A stretch of 64,000 bases of DNA. It comes from Flavobacteriales bacterium (GTDB lineage: Bacteria > Bacteroidota > Bacteroidia > Flavobacteriales_C > GCA-002722245). Location of the stretch: positions 9,159 through 73,158 of the forward strand of contig PBEC01000017.1 of the NCBI GenBank assembly GCA_002717515.1, written 5' to 3'. The position numbers and the translations under genes are program-made. Below, piece after piece: positions 41,507-50,235 of the stretch (position 1 is its first letter; each line of letters opens with the position of its first letter). Under the pieces are notes generated by a model. That model was not told the DNA's origin, ran no database searches, and saw only the letters and a program-made list of their open reading frames with translations.

Positions 41507-42916
41507 ATGAGTCAGTCTATTATTCAAGACATTCAAAATAAACTAAACGAAAAGAAAATATCTTGCGTTCAGTTGGTTCGAGAGAAAATTGCAGCTCTAC
41601 AATCCTCAACTAAAAATGCAAATAATTTAATTCTGGATGAGCAAGCTCTGGAACAAGCAAAAATATGGGATGAAAAAATTGCTTCGGGACATATATTAAG
41701 TGGAATCGAAGGAATTCCATTTGGCGTTAAAGATGTTTATTTGTTGAAAGGAACGATTTCCACAGCGAGTTCAAATATTCTAAAAAACTACAAGTCTCCA
41801 TATACTGCTACAGCCATTCAAAAGTTAATTGACGCGGGAGCGATACCCATATGCAAAGAAAATTGCGATCAATTTGGACATGGTTCTACAAATGAAAATT
41901 CCGTTTTTGGTGTTGCAAAAAATGCACACAATGACGATAAAGTGGCAGGAGGATCATCAGGAGGCTCTGCAGTTAATGTTGCCGAAGGAAATACTGTTTT
42001 CTCAATTGGGGGAGACACAGGTGGTTCTATTCGTCAACCTGCAGGGTACAACAAAGTTTATGGACTAAAACCAACATACGGGCGAGTTTCTCGATATGGC
42101 TTGATGGCCTACACTTCATCTTCTGACTGTGTTGGACCTTTTGCTAATACCGTTAAGGATATCGCTACAACTCTCAATGTTATGAGTGGTAAAGATGGAA
42201 AAGATCAAACCACATTAACTTCTACCCCAATAGATGTTGAATCTTTTGATTCGAAAATAAAGGCTGGAACAAAGATTGGTGTCTATAAATCTTTTATCGA
42301 TCACCCGTCCTTAGAATCGAAAATCAAGACAGACTTTAACTCATTAATTGAAAAATTAAAAGAAAAAGGTGTTGAAATAAAAGAACTTGATTTTTTTGAT
42401 GGAGATACACTAACTGCCACCTATTACATCATTGCCCTTGCTGAAACCGCTAGTAATCTTTCTCGAATTGATGGAATCGCATTCGGAAATAGAGCTATGG
42501 ATAAAGAGAACCTTGCTTTAACTTACCTGGACACAAGAGGTGAAGGGTTCAGTCAAGAAACCAAAAGAAGAATTATCGCAGGAAATCAGGTTTTGTCGGT
42601 TGGTTATTCTGAGGAAATCTATAAAAAAGCCTTGGAGGTAAGAAAAGGAATTGAAGCGAAATTTGCTAAGGATTTTGAAGAAGTAGATTTTGTTTTATCC
42701 CCTACATCCCCACTTCTCCCTCCAACTATTGGAGAATCTTTGAAGGATCCTCTAACCATGTATTTAAGCGATATGTATACGGTAGGATTTAGCCTTGGTG
42801 GATTGCCCACATTGAGTGCTCCTTTTGTGGTTGAAAACAATGTGCAAATAACTGCTGCAAAAGAAAAAGACGAAGAAATATTAAGATTTGCATACGCAAT
42901 TGAGCAATCGTTATAA
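41507..42916 (+). CDS. gatA: Glutamyl/aspartyl-tRNA amidotransferase subunit A (amidase signature family)
   Basis: Amidase signature GGSSGGSAVNVAEG...GGDTGGSIRQPA, the Ser-cisSer-Lys triad context, and the size. Confidence 0.9.
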   Translation: MSQSIIQDIQNKLNEKKISCVQLVREKIAALQSSTKNANNLILDEQALEQAKIWDEKIASGHILSGIEGIPFGVKDVYLLKGTISTASSNILKNYKSPYTATAIQKLIDAGAIPICKENCDQFGHGSTNENSVFGVAKNAHNDDKVAGGSSGGSAVNVAEGNTVFSIGGDTGGSIRQPAGYNKVYGLKPTYGRVSRYGLMAYTSSSDCVGPFANTVKDIATTLNVMSGKDGKDQTTLTSTPIDVESFDSKIKAGTKIGVYKSFIDHPSLESKIKTDFNSLIEKLKEKGVEIKELDFFDGDTLTATYYIIALAETASNLSRIDGIAFGNRAMDKENLALTYLDTRGEGFSQETKRRIIAGNQVLSVGYSEEIYKKALEVRKGIEAKFAKDFEEVDFVLSPTSPLLPPTIGESLKDPLTMYLSDMYTVGFSLGGLPTLSAPFVVENNVQITAAKEKDEEILRFAYAIEQSL

Positions 42917-42958
42917 AGCGATTAAAGTATTAATGGTTTTTTACAGTTTACAAAAACG

Positions 42959-45900
42959 ATGAGTTTAGATAAGAAAATTGAAGAATTAGGATATGAAATT
43001 GTAATGGGTGTTGAAACCCACGTACAACTAAACACTAAAACCAAGTTGTTTTGTTCATGCGATAATGAGGAATCAACAACACCCAATGAAAATATTTGTC
43101 CAGTTTGTACAGGTCAAATGGGTACCCTTCCGGAATTAAATAAAGCCGCGGTAGAAAAATCAATTATTCTAGGTGCTGGTTTAAATGCCAAAATACCTGA
43201 TTTAGTAAGATGGGATAGAAAACACTACCAATACCCTGATTTACCCAAAAACTTTCAATTGACGCAACTCGATCACCCCATCATTGAAGGTGGAAGTGTT
43301 AAATGTTTTCGAGACGACGGAAGTTCTTTTACTGTTGATTTACATCATGCACATTTAGAGGAAGATGCTGGTAAGTTAGTTCACACGGATAAATACTCCT
43401 TAGTTGATTACAACAGATGCGGTACTCCACTGGTTGAGATTGTTACCGAGCCATGTTTACACAAAGTGGAGGATGCAGAGATTTATGCTAAATACATTCA
43501 AAAAATAGCAAGGCATTTAGGTGTTTCGGACGCTGACATGGAAAAAGGCCAAATGCGTTCAGATGTTTCGATTTCATTAAGAAAGATAGGGACTAAAGAT
43601 TTAAACCCGCGTACAGAGATAAAAAACTTAAATTCCTTTGCTTTTATGTCTAAAGCGGTTGCAGAGGCTGTAAGCAAGCAACTTAATTATTACGAAGAGC
43701 ATGGAGTTCCTTCTCCCGACCAGGTAACTGCTCAGTGGGATGCGGAAGCTCAAGTAACTCGTGTGATGCGTTCTAAGGAAGATGCTGCAGATTACCGCTT
43801 CTCGCAAGAACCAGATATTCCATGGTTAGATGTTTCTGATTTAAAAGCGAGAACATCTGTTGATGTTTCATTGCTACCAACTGTTGTTGAAGAGGAATTA
43901 ATTACTGGTGGTGTCAGGCCTCAAGATGCCAAATTCTTCTCTGGTGATAAAGAAAGATCAAGAGTTGTAATTGGACTAAACGAGGGTGTTAATGACATTA
44001 AAGCAGTAGCAACTGTTTTAATGAACAATGTAAAACCAGAAGAATATTCAAACTTCTCAGAATTAAAACCTTACAACTCCTTACTTAAAAAATTCATTAA
44101 TAATGTTATCCCTGTAAATATTGTTAAGGAAGGTTTCCAGAATCTATACACCAACGCTGATTTTGATTACGAAGGATTTATCAAAGCGAACACTGTTTCG
44201 GAAGACCAGATTGATGCTGCAGTTGCTGAAATTGTTGCGGCAAATACAGAGATTGTTACCGCTATTACTAGAGGAAATCAAGGTCAAGCTGGTCGTTTAG
44301 TTCCTCAGGTAATGGCTAAGACTGGAAAAGGAGTTTCTGGTAAGATTATTCGTGAGAAAATTTTAGCAGCTTGTTCTGGCAAAGGAGCACAAACCGAAAA
44401 TGAGGGCGAGAATACTCAAAAAGGAGTAACAAAAGAAGCCAAGAAAAGAGATCTTAACGACGATACGCCGTCTAAATACCAGGATGTAAGAATTGTTAAG
44501 GATACTTACAGAACACATAGAATTCCTGATGTTTCCAAAGAAAACCTAAACCAGGAGTTAACACTTGGTGGATGGATTGCTTCTATTCGTGACCACGGGG
44601 AGCTGGTTTTTATTGACCTTAGAGACGCTTCTAATGAGGTTTTTCAAGTAAGAGTAACGCGTGATCAGGTGAAAGACATCGATGATATCGCTAGACTGAA
44701 AGACGAGTCTGTGATCGCAGTTAAAGGTCAGGTTATCGAAAGAGCTGCTGACGACATTAACCCTAATACAAGAACAGGTAATATCGAGCTGGTTGCAAGT
44801 CACATCGACGTATTAAACGTTTCGAAGAACTTACCTTTCGAGATTAAGAAAGCAGACAAAACGAATGAATCTGTTCGGATGGAGTATAAATTCTTAGACC
44901 ATAGAAATCAGTCGTCAAAGAAGGCTATTATCAACCGTCACAAAGTGATCAAGTTAATCCGTGACATGTTAGATGATCAAAATTTTATTGAAGTAGAAAC
45001 TCCTATACTATCTGGTGGTACAGACGAAGGAGCTCGTGAGTTCATCGTTCCATCAAGGGTTCACAAAGGGAAATTCTACACACTACCTCAAGCACCTCAG
45101 CAATACAAACAAATGCTAATGGTTGGAAGTTTTGAAAGATACTTCCAGATTGCTCGTTGTTTCCGTGATGAGGACTCAAGAGGTGACCGTCAGCCAGAAT
45201 TCACACAAATGGATTTGGAAATGTCCTTTGCGTCAATGGATGAAATTATCCAGCTCAACAGCGACCTATTGGTAAATGTTGTTAAAACGGTTTATGCCAA
45301 ATCCAAATGGCAATTAAAAGATTTTATTACCATTACCTATGCTGAAGCGATGGAAAAGTATGGTTGTGATCGCCCTGATTTGCGTTTTGGTTTACCTATG
45401 AAAACCATTACGGAAGTAGTTGCCAACACTCCTTTTCAGGTATTTAGAAATCCAATTGAAAATGGTGGTATTGTTAAAGCTATCAAAGTCTCCAAAGAGG
45501 AAATGGGTGACAAAAGAATGTCCAAAGGCGCTATTGAAAAGCTCACGACTTTAGCTCAAAGTAATGGTTTAGGTGGACTAGCCTATATTATTGTAAATGA
45601 GAATGATTTACAATCCCCAATAATCAAATTCATAGGGGAGGATATTGCAGCTAACATCATTAAAATAATGGATGCAAATGTAGGAGACATCGTCTTTTTC
45701 TCCGCTGCTGATTTTGGGACAGCAAACAAAGCTTTAGATGCGGTTAGACAAGAATTAGGGGCAATGCTCAACCTTATTCCTAAAAACGTATTGCAACCAG
45801 CTTGGGTCATTGACTTCCCTCAGTTTGAAGAAAAAGAAGACGGTGGATGGACGTTCTCACATAACCCATTCTCCATGCCTAAGCCAGAATTTGTTGAACA

Positions 45901-46291
45901 ACATATGAATGCTGAAAACCCAGGAAAAATCCTGGCACAACAGTACGACTTGATTCTCAATGGTTACGAAATCGGCGGAGGCTCTGTACGTGCCCACAGG
46001 GGCGACATACTTGAAGCTACATTTAAAATTATGGGATACAACCACGAAGAAATGCTGGCTTCAGTCGGAAATGTATACAACGCTTTCCAATACGGAGCTC
46101 CACCACACGGAGGAATTGCTTGGGGATTAGATAGACTCTTGATGATTCTTGAGAAGAAAGATTCGATTAGAGATGTTATGGCCTACCCGAAAACCGGTTC
46201 TGGTGAGGACTATTTATTCAACGCACCAAATGTACTTTCTGCAAAAAAGGTATCTGAAGCGAATGTTCAGTTGATTGAAAAGACCAAATAG
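42959..46291 (+). CDS. gatB-aspS: In-frame fusion of GatB (amidotransferase subunit B, aa 1 to about 475) with aspartate--tRNA ligase (bacterial type, aa about 520-1110)
   Basis: N-terminal GatB blocks: GYEIVMGVETHVQL, CPVCTGQMGTLPELN, YPDLPKNFQLTQ, and a GatB/YqeY tail VMAKTGKGVSGKIIREKIL. A Lys/Glu-rich linker follows. Then comes the AspRS OB-fold LTLGGWIASIRDHGELVFIDLRD, class II motifs FQIARCFRDED (motif 2) and GGGSVRAHRGD...GAPPHGGIAWGLDRL (motif 3), with the bacterial GAD insertion. One continuous 1110-codon ORF. Confidence 0.85.
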   Translation: MSLDKKIEELGYEIVMGVETHVQLNTKTKLFCSCDNEESTTPNENICPVCTGQMGTLPELNKAAVEKSIILGAGLNAKIPDLVRWDRKHYQYPDLPKNFQLTQLDHPIIEGGSVKCFRDDGSSFTVDLHHAHLEEDAGKLVHTDKYSLVDYNRCGTPLVEIVTEPCLHKVEDAEIYAKYIQKIARHLGVSDADMEKGQMRSDVSISLRKIGTKDLNPRTEIKNLNSFAFMSKAVAEAVSKQLNYYEEHGVPSPDQVTAQWDAEAQVTRVMRSKEDAADYRFSQEPDIPWLDVSDLKARTSVDVSLLPTVVEEELITGGVRPQDAKFFSGDKERSRVVIGLNEGVNDIKAVATVLMNNVKPEEYSNFSELKPYNSLLKKFINNVIPVNIVKEGFQNLYTNADFDYEGFIKANTVSEDQIDAAVAEIVAANTEIVTAITRGNQGQAGRLVPQVMAKTGKGVSGKIIREKILAACSGKGAQTENEGENTQKGVTKEAKKRDLNDDTPSKYQDVRIVKDTYRTHRIPDVSKENLNQELTLGGWIASIRDHGELVFIDLRDASNEVFQVRVTRDQVKDIDDIARLKDESVIAVKGQVIERAADDINPNTRTGNIELVASHIDVLNVSKNLPFEIKKADKTNESVRMEYKFLDHRNQSSKKAIINRHKVIKLIRDMLDDQNFIEVETPILSGGTDEGAREFIVPSRVHKGKFYTLPQAPQQYKQMLMVGSFERYFQIARCFRDEDSRGDRQPEFTQMDLEMSFASMDEIIQLNSDLLVNVVKTVYAKSKWQLKDFITITYAEAMEKYGCDRPDLRFGLPMKTITEVVANTPFQVFRNPIENGGIVKAIKVSKEEMGDKRMSKGAIEKLTTLAQSNGLGGLAYIIVNENDLQSPIIKFIGEDIAANIIKIMDANVGDIVFFSAADFGTANKALDAVRQELGAMLNLIPKNVLQPAWVIDFPQFEEKEDGGWTFSHNPFSMPKPEFVEQHMNAENPGKILAQQYDLILNGYEIGGGSVRAHRGDILEATFKIMGYNHEEMLASVGNVYNAFQYGAPPHGGIAWGLDRLLMILEKKDSIRDVMAYPKTGSGEDYLFNAPNVLSAKKVSEANVQLIEKTK

Positions 46292-46318
46292 AAACTCCAT
46301 GAATTAGGAATAAGAATT

Positions 46319-48106
46319 ATGATTCACAGAATTAAAAATATATTTAAAGTCGGTTTCTTGAAAAAACTTCTTAAGGTATCCCTTTTATTTCTAACGTTTT
46401 CAGTTGTTGGTTACTTTCTTCTTGGGAAAATTGAGTACAAGGATGGCTTAACATACAAAACAGTAATCGATAACAAAATATACTCTATTCTCACTGAAAA
46501 AATAAACGACGGAAAGGCTTTTGAGGTTGAATATATAGAACCTTCTGATTTCAGTGAATTTAACTCCATTTCAATAGAGATGGATTCCTCTGTTTGGGAC
46601 AGTATGTTGTCGAATTACACTTTTTATCAAAGCAACAGGGAAAAATTTAGCGTACTGGAAAATAATGATTGGAGAAAAATAAAACTAACAGTTAACGATA
46701 CAACATATAATGCCAAAATGAAATGCCATGGAAAAACCCCTGATGGTCATTTTCATGAAAATATAATGTCATTAACCGTAAAGTTTAAAAAGAAAAGACC
46801 TCACTCCTTCTCAAAAAGAATGAATCTAATCATATACAAAAGGCTAAGAGATAGCCCTGCTGTAATAAATTATTTGAGTAAAAAACTAAATATTCATTAC
46901 ATAGAGAGTAAATTATTTTCAGTAAATATCAACAATGGAAAAAAGCATTTGATGCACTTGGAAGAAAGGTGTAATGAAGGTTTTTTCAAAAAGAGAAATT
47001 TAAACAACATATTAATTTGCAAAAAAGACTTGAACAAAACATTTTTAATTAACTGTTTGGAAGTCGATAAAAAGCAAAAAAACACCTTTTTTAAAAAGGA
47101 TGAAGTTTTGCAAGTATTGGAGAAAAAAATATCAAATTCTGATTTGTCTTCAAAAAATAAAAAAACAATTTACCGCTTAAACAAGCTGATATCCAACCAT
47201 GAAACAGACAGCCTTTTAAAAGTCCTAAACGTTGACTATTTTTCCAGGTATGAAGCATTAAGAAAAATTGGAGGATTTACTAATCATGGATTTGAAAAAC
47301 ACAACTTGCTGCTCTATCCTGATACTTCAAATGGAAAACTAATCATGATTCCTCATCGAGATCATTTTGTAAGAGAAATCGGTAACCAATTTTTCTTTGA
47401 AAAAGAGTTGTTGGACAAATTTTACTGGCAAAAACACCTTTTTCTGGAGTGTCTAGTTCTTAATGATTCTATAAGACTCAAATCTTATAAGCATTTATAT
47501 AATCTGCAAAGGAACAAAACATCAATATTAAGAGAACTAGACAGTATTGCTGATCTTCACTCTAGATTTCAAAGAAAATCTTTAATTAAGAAATGGTTTT
47601 ATCACTCGGCCTTAGGTCAAGAACAAACAGAGATGGATATGACTGATATATTTGTAAATAATTTAGAAAAAATAATGAGCGACTTAAACCCAGGAACACC
47701 TGAAGTTATAGTGAACTCAAACAGCGATTCAACCATTCACCTGTCCATAATTCCAAATTCCCTGAATGAAATAAAAATTAGCGGTATTGAATTGAAAAAC
47801 AATCATGAATTTGATATGATGCTACTCCGAGAATACACATCAAAGGAGGTTCTCATTTCGGATACACTTTTATCTATAAAAAAACAGAAGAATGAAGACT
47901 TTAAAAAACACTTAAAAAAAATTTCCTTTTTTAATAAACTCGATAAAGACTGGAACGAAATAAACTGTACATATCAACTTAAAATCACTGCCCGTTCAAA
48001 TTCGAACAATGTATATGTAAGTTTTGAGAATATGAATATTTTTAATTTTTCAAACAATATGAAAAAATTAAAATTCCTTTTAAACTCTAACCTTGCCGCT
48101 CGGTAA
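46319..48106 (+). CDS. CotH-family (atypical kinase-like) protein, membrane-anchored
   Basis: N-terminal TM. The block IKLTVNDTTYNAKMKCHGK...SLTVKF...IYKRL...YLSKKLNIHYIESKLFSVNINNGK..LMHLEE...FFKKRNL follows the CotH core pattern (..G..Y.V.(I/M)(R/K).(K/H)G..S...KKS.K(I/V)KF........L.NN..D.S..RE.L..ELFR..G.....S.FV.L..NGEY.GLY.L.E.ID..FL.RNF). Confidence 0.5.
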   Translation: MIHRIKNIFKVGFLKKLLKVSLLFLTFSVVGYFLLGKIEYKDGLTYKTVIDNKIYSILTEKINDGKAFEVEYIEPSDFSEFNSISIEMDSSVWDSMLSNYTFYQSNREKFSVLENNDWRKIKLTVNDTTYNAKMKCHGKTPDGHFHENIMSLTVKFKKKRPHSFSKRMNLIIYKRLRDSPAVINYLSKKLNIHYIESKLFSVNINNGKKHLMHLEERCNEGFFKKRNLNNILICKKDLNKTFLINCLEVDKKQKNTFFKKDEVLQVLEKKISNSDLSSKNKKTIYRLNKLISNHETDSLLKVLNVDYFSRYEALRKIGGFTNHGFEKHNLLLYPDTSNGKLIMIPHRDHFVREIGNQFFFEKELLDKFYWQKHLFLECLVLNDSIRLKSYKHLYNLQRNKTSILRELDSIADLHSRFQRKSLIKKWFYHSALGQEQTEMDMTDIFVNNLEKIMSDLNPGTPEVIVNSNSDSTIHLSIIPNSLNEIKISGIELKNNHEFDMMLLREYTSKEVLISDTLLSIKKQKNEDFKKHLKKISFFNKLDKDWNEINCTYQLKITARSNSNNVYVSFENMNIFNFSNNMKKLKFLLNSNLAAR

Positions 48107-48395
48107 TTAATTTTCTTACAAATTGTTTACTCTTGTAATGCAAGAAAAAACAAACGTTCATTAAGACCATATAATTCACATCTATATTTTTAGGTAAAAC
48201 ACATTAAAAAAACAAAAAAGAACTAATATCTCAATTACCTTTTTGCTTAAGACTTAAAAACAAAACTAAAACCCTAAAAAAAAGACTTTTAAATATTTTA
48301 AAACCTATTTTCTAACCTGTATTTTTTTTCCTTTTTTTCTTAATTAAATCAGGTTTTAATTCCATAATTTTGTCCTTAATATAACACCAAATGAT

Positions 48396-50141
48396 ATGAT
48401 GAAAAAATTACTTTTAGTACTTATGGGGACAGCAGCACTGTCCCTCAGCGCACAAGATGACTGCGTATCCTCAACAGGATTTATTGACTCTTACGATGCT
48501 TCCGAAGCACCAAGTGACGGAAACAATCTTTCTCTCGGTTATTGGGGGTCAAGTGGTGGAGTCTATGACTTCACAAGAAATAATGGAGACTTAGAGATCA
48601 CTGTAGATCAAGCTCAAGGAGGATGGACCCCAATGGGATTTACATTTTCAGAATCAGTAGATTTAACTGGTAATACCCTCGATATATCTTTAACCAATGA
48701 TGGATCCGATGGAATTGAAGTTTATTTCTCACTAATTAGTAATAACACAACAGGTGTTGATGCTGAAAGAATTACCGCGACAAATACAGGATCACTTTTC
48801 GGAGGAGTTGTAAGTGGTGGAGCTACAGTAAATTATTCATTTGATATTTCCAATGGTAGGATTCATCAATGGGTTGCAAGTTCTGACGACTGTACAGACG
48901 GAACAATGGCCGGAAGCTACTGTATGAGAGATAAAGGTTTTGACATCACTAAAGTTACAGGGATTGAATGGACAATAAATGGAGCTGCATCTGCAGAAAC
49001 AGGATGGAGCAACCCTGAACTAATAGCTCACCCTGTTAAAATTCATTCAATTGGATCAGGAACATGTACAAATGGCGGTGGAGATAACAGTAACGACGGT
49101 GGAGATGACAGTAACGACGGTGGAGACGACAGTAACGACGGTGATGACAATAGCGACGGAGACACGAATGGTCAGGCCTGTAATGACTTAGACGACCATG
49201 GACACGGTACTTGGTACGATAATTTAGACGTTCAGCCAAATGGTGTTGTAAAGTGTACTTTTGAAAGAGATAGTATCCTAAACACCAAGTATGGAGCTTT
49301 AGACAAAGGTCTTTTACAGGAAAGTAATGATGCAAAATACTGTGGTATGTGTGTTGAAGCAATCGCTCCTGACCACAATAATGTTCCAGTAATTATTCAA
49401 ATTGTAGATGAATGCCCTGATTGTTACGACAGAAATTCTGACGGATCAATCAACACTGGTGTAAATACAAAATTTGGAGATATCGACTTAAGCATTACAG
49501 CTTTTAAAGCTCTGCTTCAAGAGGATCATGTTGCTTTAGGAATTGGTGATTTTGACTGGAAAGAGGTATCATGTCCTTGGCAGAAGCCTTTACACTTAAT
49601 TTTTCAAGGTTCACACGATTGGTACGCCAAGGTTATCGTTGCAAATCATGTAAACAGAATAGCTACTGTTGAAATCTCAAATGACGGTGGAAGTTCATGG
49701 GAACTAATGGAAAGAGGCGAAGACAACGGTTTTGTAAAAGGAAGTTATGGTGGAGAAACTAAGGCCTTTAAAATTACAGATATTTATGGAAGCGAAATCA
49801 TAATGAACAATATTGACATGGTTACAAACGGAAATAACATAGTTGATGGATCTGAAAACTTCCCAGCATGTGGACTTACTACATCAACTCAAGATTTGAA
49901 TACTCTTGATTATGTAACTGCTTTTCCTAACCCTGCAAATTCATCCATTACCTTTGTTGGTATTGAAGATGTTGAAAAAATGGAAATTGTGAGTGTAAAT
50001 GGTCAAGTTGTTGCAAGCAAAAACTTCCAAACAAGCACAGCTCAAATATCACTTGATATTTCACAATTAGCACCTGGCCTCTATGTTGCAAAAATGACAG
50101 GTGAAAACAATACAGGTGTTGTTACATTTGTAAAGAAATAA
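48396..50141 (+). CDS. Secreted bacterial expansin-like protein (EXLX: DPBB D1 plus CBM63-like D2) with an N-terminal unknown domain, an acidic Gly/Asp/Ser/Asn linker and a T9SS C-terminal sorting domain
   Basis: Signal peptide. The D1 region GHGTWYD...CGMCVEAI...VIIQIVDECPDCYDRNSDGSINTGVNTKFGDIDLSITAFKAL parallels EXLX1 T.Y....Y.E...G....VYVTD.CPEC..G.LDLS..AF. The D2 region WKEVSCPWQKPLHLIFQGSHDWYAKVIVANHVNRIATVEIS is like EXLX1 D2. The C-terminal TIGR04183-like CTD is FPNPANSSITFVG...YVAKMTGENNTGVVTFVKK. Confidence 0.7.
   Translation: MMKKLLLVLMGTAALSLSAQDDCVSSTGFIDSYDASEAPSDGNNLSLGYWGSSGGVYDFTRNNGDLEITVDQAQGGWTPMGFTFSESVDLTGNTLDISLTNDGSDGIEVYFSLISNNTTGVDAERITATNTGSLFGGVVSGGATVNYSFDISNGRIHQWVASSDDCTDGTMAGSYCMRDKGFDITKVTGIEWTINGAASAETGWSNPELIAHPVKIHSIGSGTCTNGGGDNSNDGGDDSNDGGDDSNDGDDNSDGDTNGQACNDLDDHGHGTWYDNLDVQPNGVVKCTFERDSILNTKYGALDKGLLQESNDAKYCGMCVEAIAPDHNNVPVIIQIVDECPDCYDRNSDGSINTGVNTKFGDIDLSITAFKALLQEDHVALGIGDFDWKEVSCPWQKPLHLIFQGSHDWYAKVIVANHVNRIATVEISNDGGSSWELMERGEDNGFVKGSYGGETKAFKITDIYGSEIIMNNIDMVTNGNNIVDGSENFPACGLTTSTQDLNTLDYVTAFPNPANSSITFVGIEDVEKMEIVSVNGQVVASKNFQTSTAQISLDISQLAPGLYVAKMTGENNTGVVTFVKK
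49074..49165 (+). repeat. About 4.5 imperfect tandem copies of a 21-bp unit encoding the (G)GDDSND acidic linker of the expansin-like protein
   Basis: ggtggagataacagtaacgac / ggtggagatgacagtaacgac / ggtggagacgacagtaacgac / ggtgatgacaatagcgacgga. On the opposite strand it produces a spurious HRRYCH-repeat ORF (49036..49362). Confidence 0.8.
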
Positions 50142-50162
50142 GTTCTTATGAAAAGAAGCTTT

Positions 50163-50197
50163 AAAAGGGGAGCGTAACGCTCCCCTTTTTTATTTTT
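50163..50197 (+). terminator. Rho-independent terminator after the expansin-like gene
   Basis: aaaaGGGGAGCGtaaCGCTCCCCttttttatttttt is an 8-bp GC-rich stem, a 3-nt loop and a long T-tract. Confidence 0.85.
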
Positions 50198-50235
50198 TTA
50201 ATACCTTCATACATTAATTTTAATTGCTTTAAAAT

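Noticed and set aside
49036-49362. Minus-strand ORF with HRRYCH repeats
   Set aside because: It is an artefact of translating the 21-bp acidic-linker tandem repeat of the expansin gene on the opposite strand.
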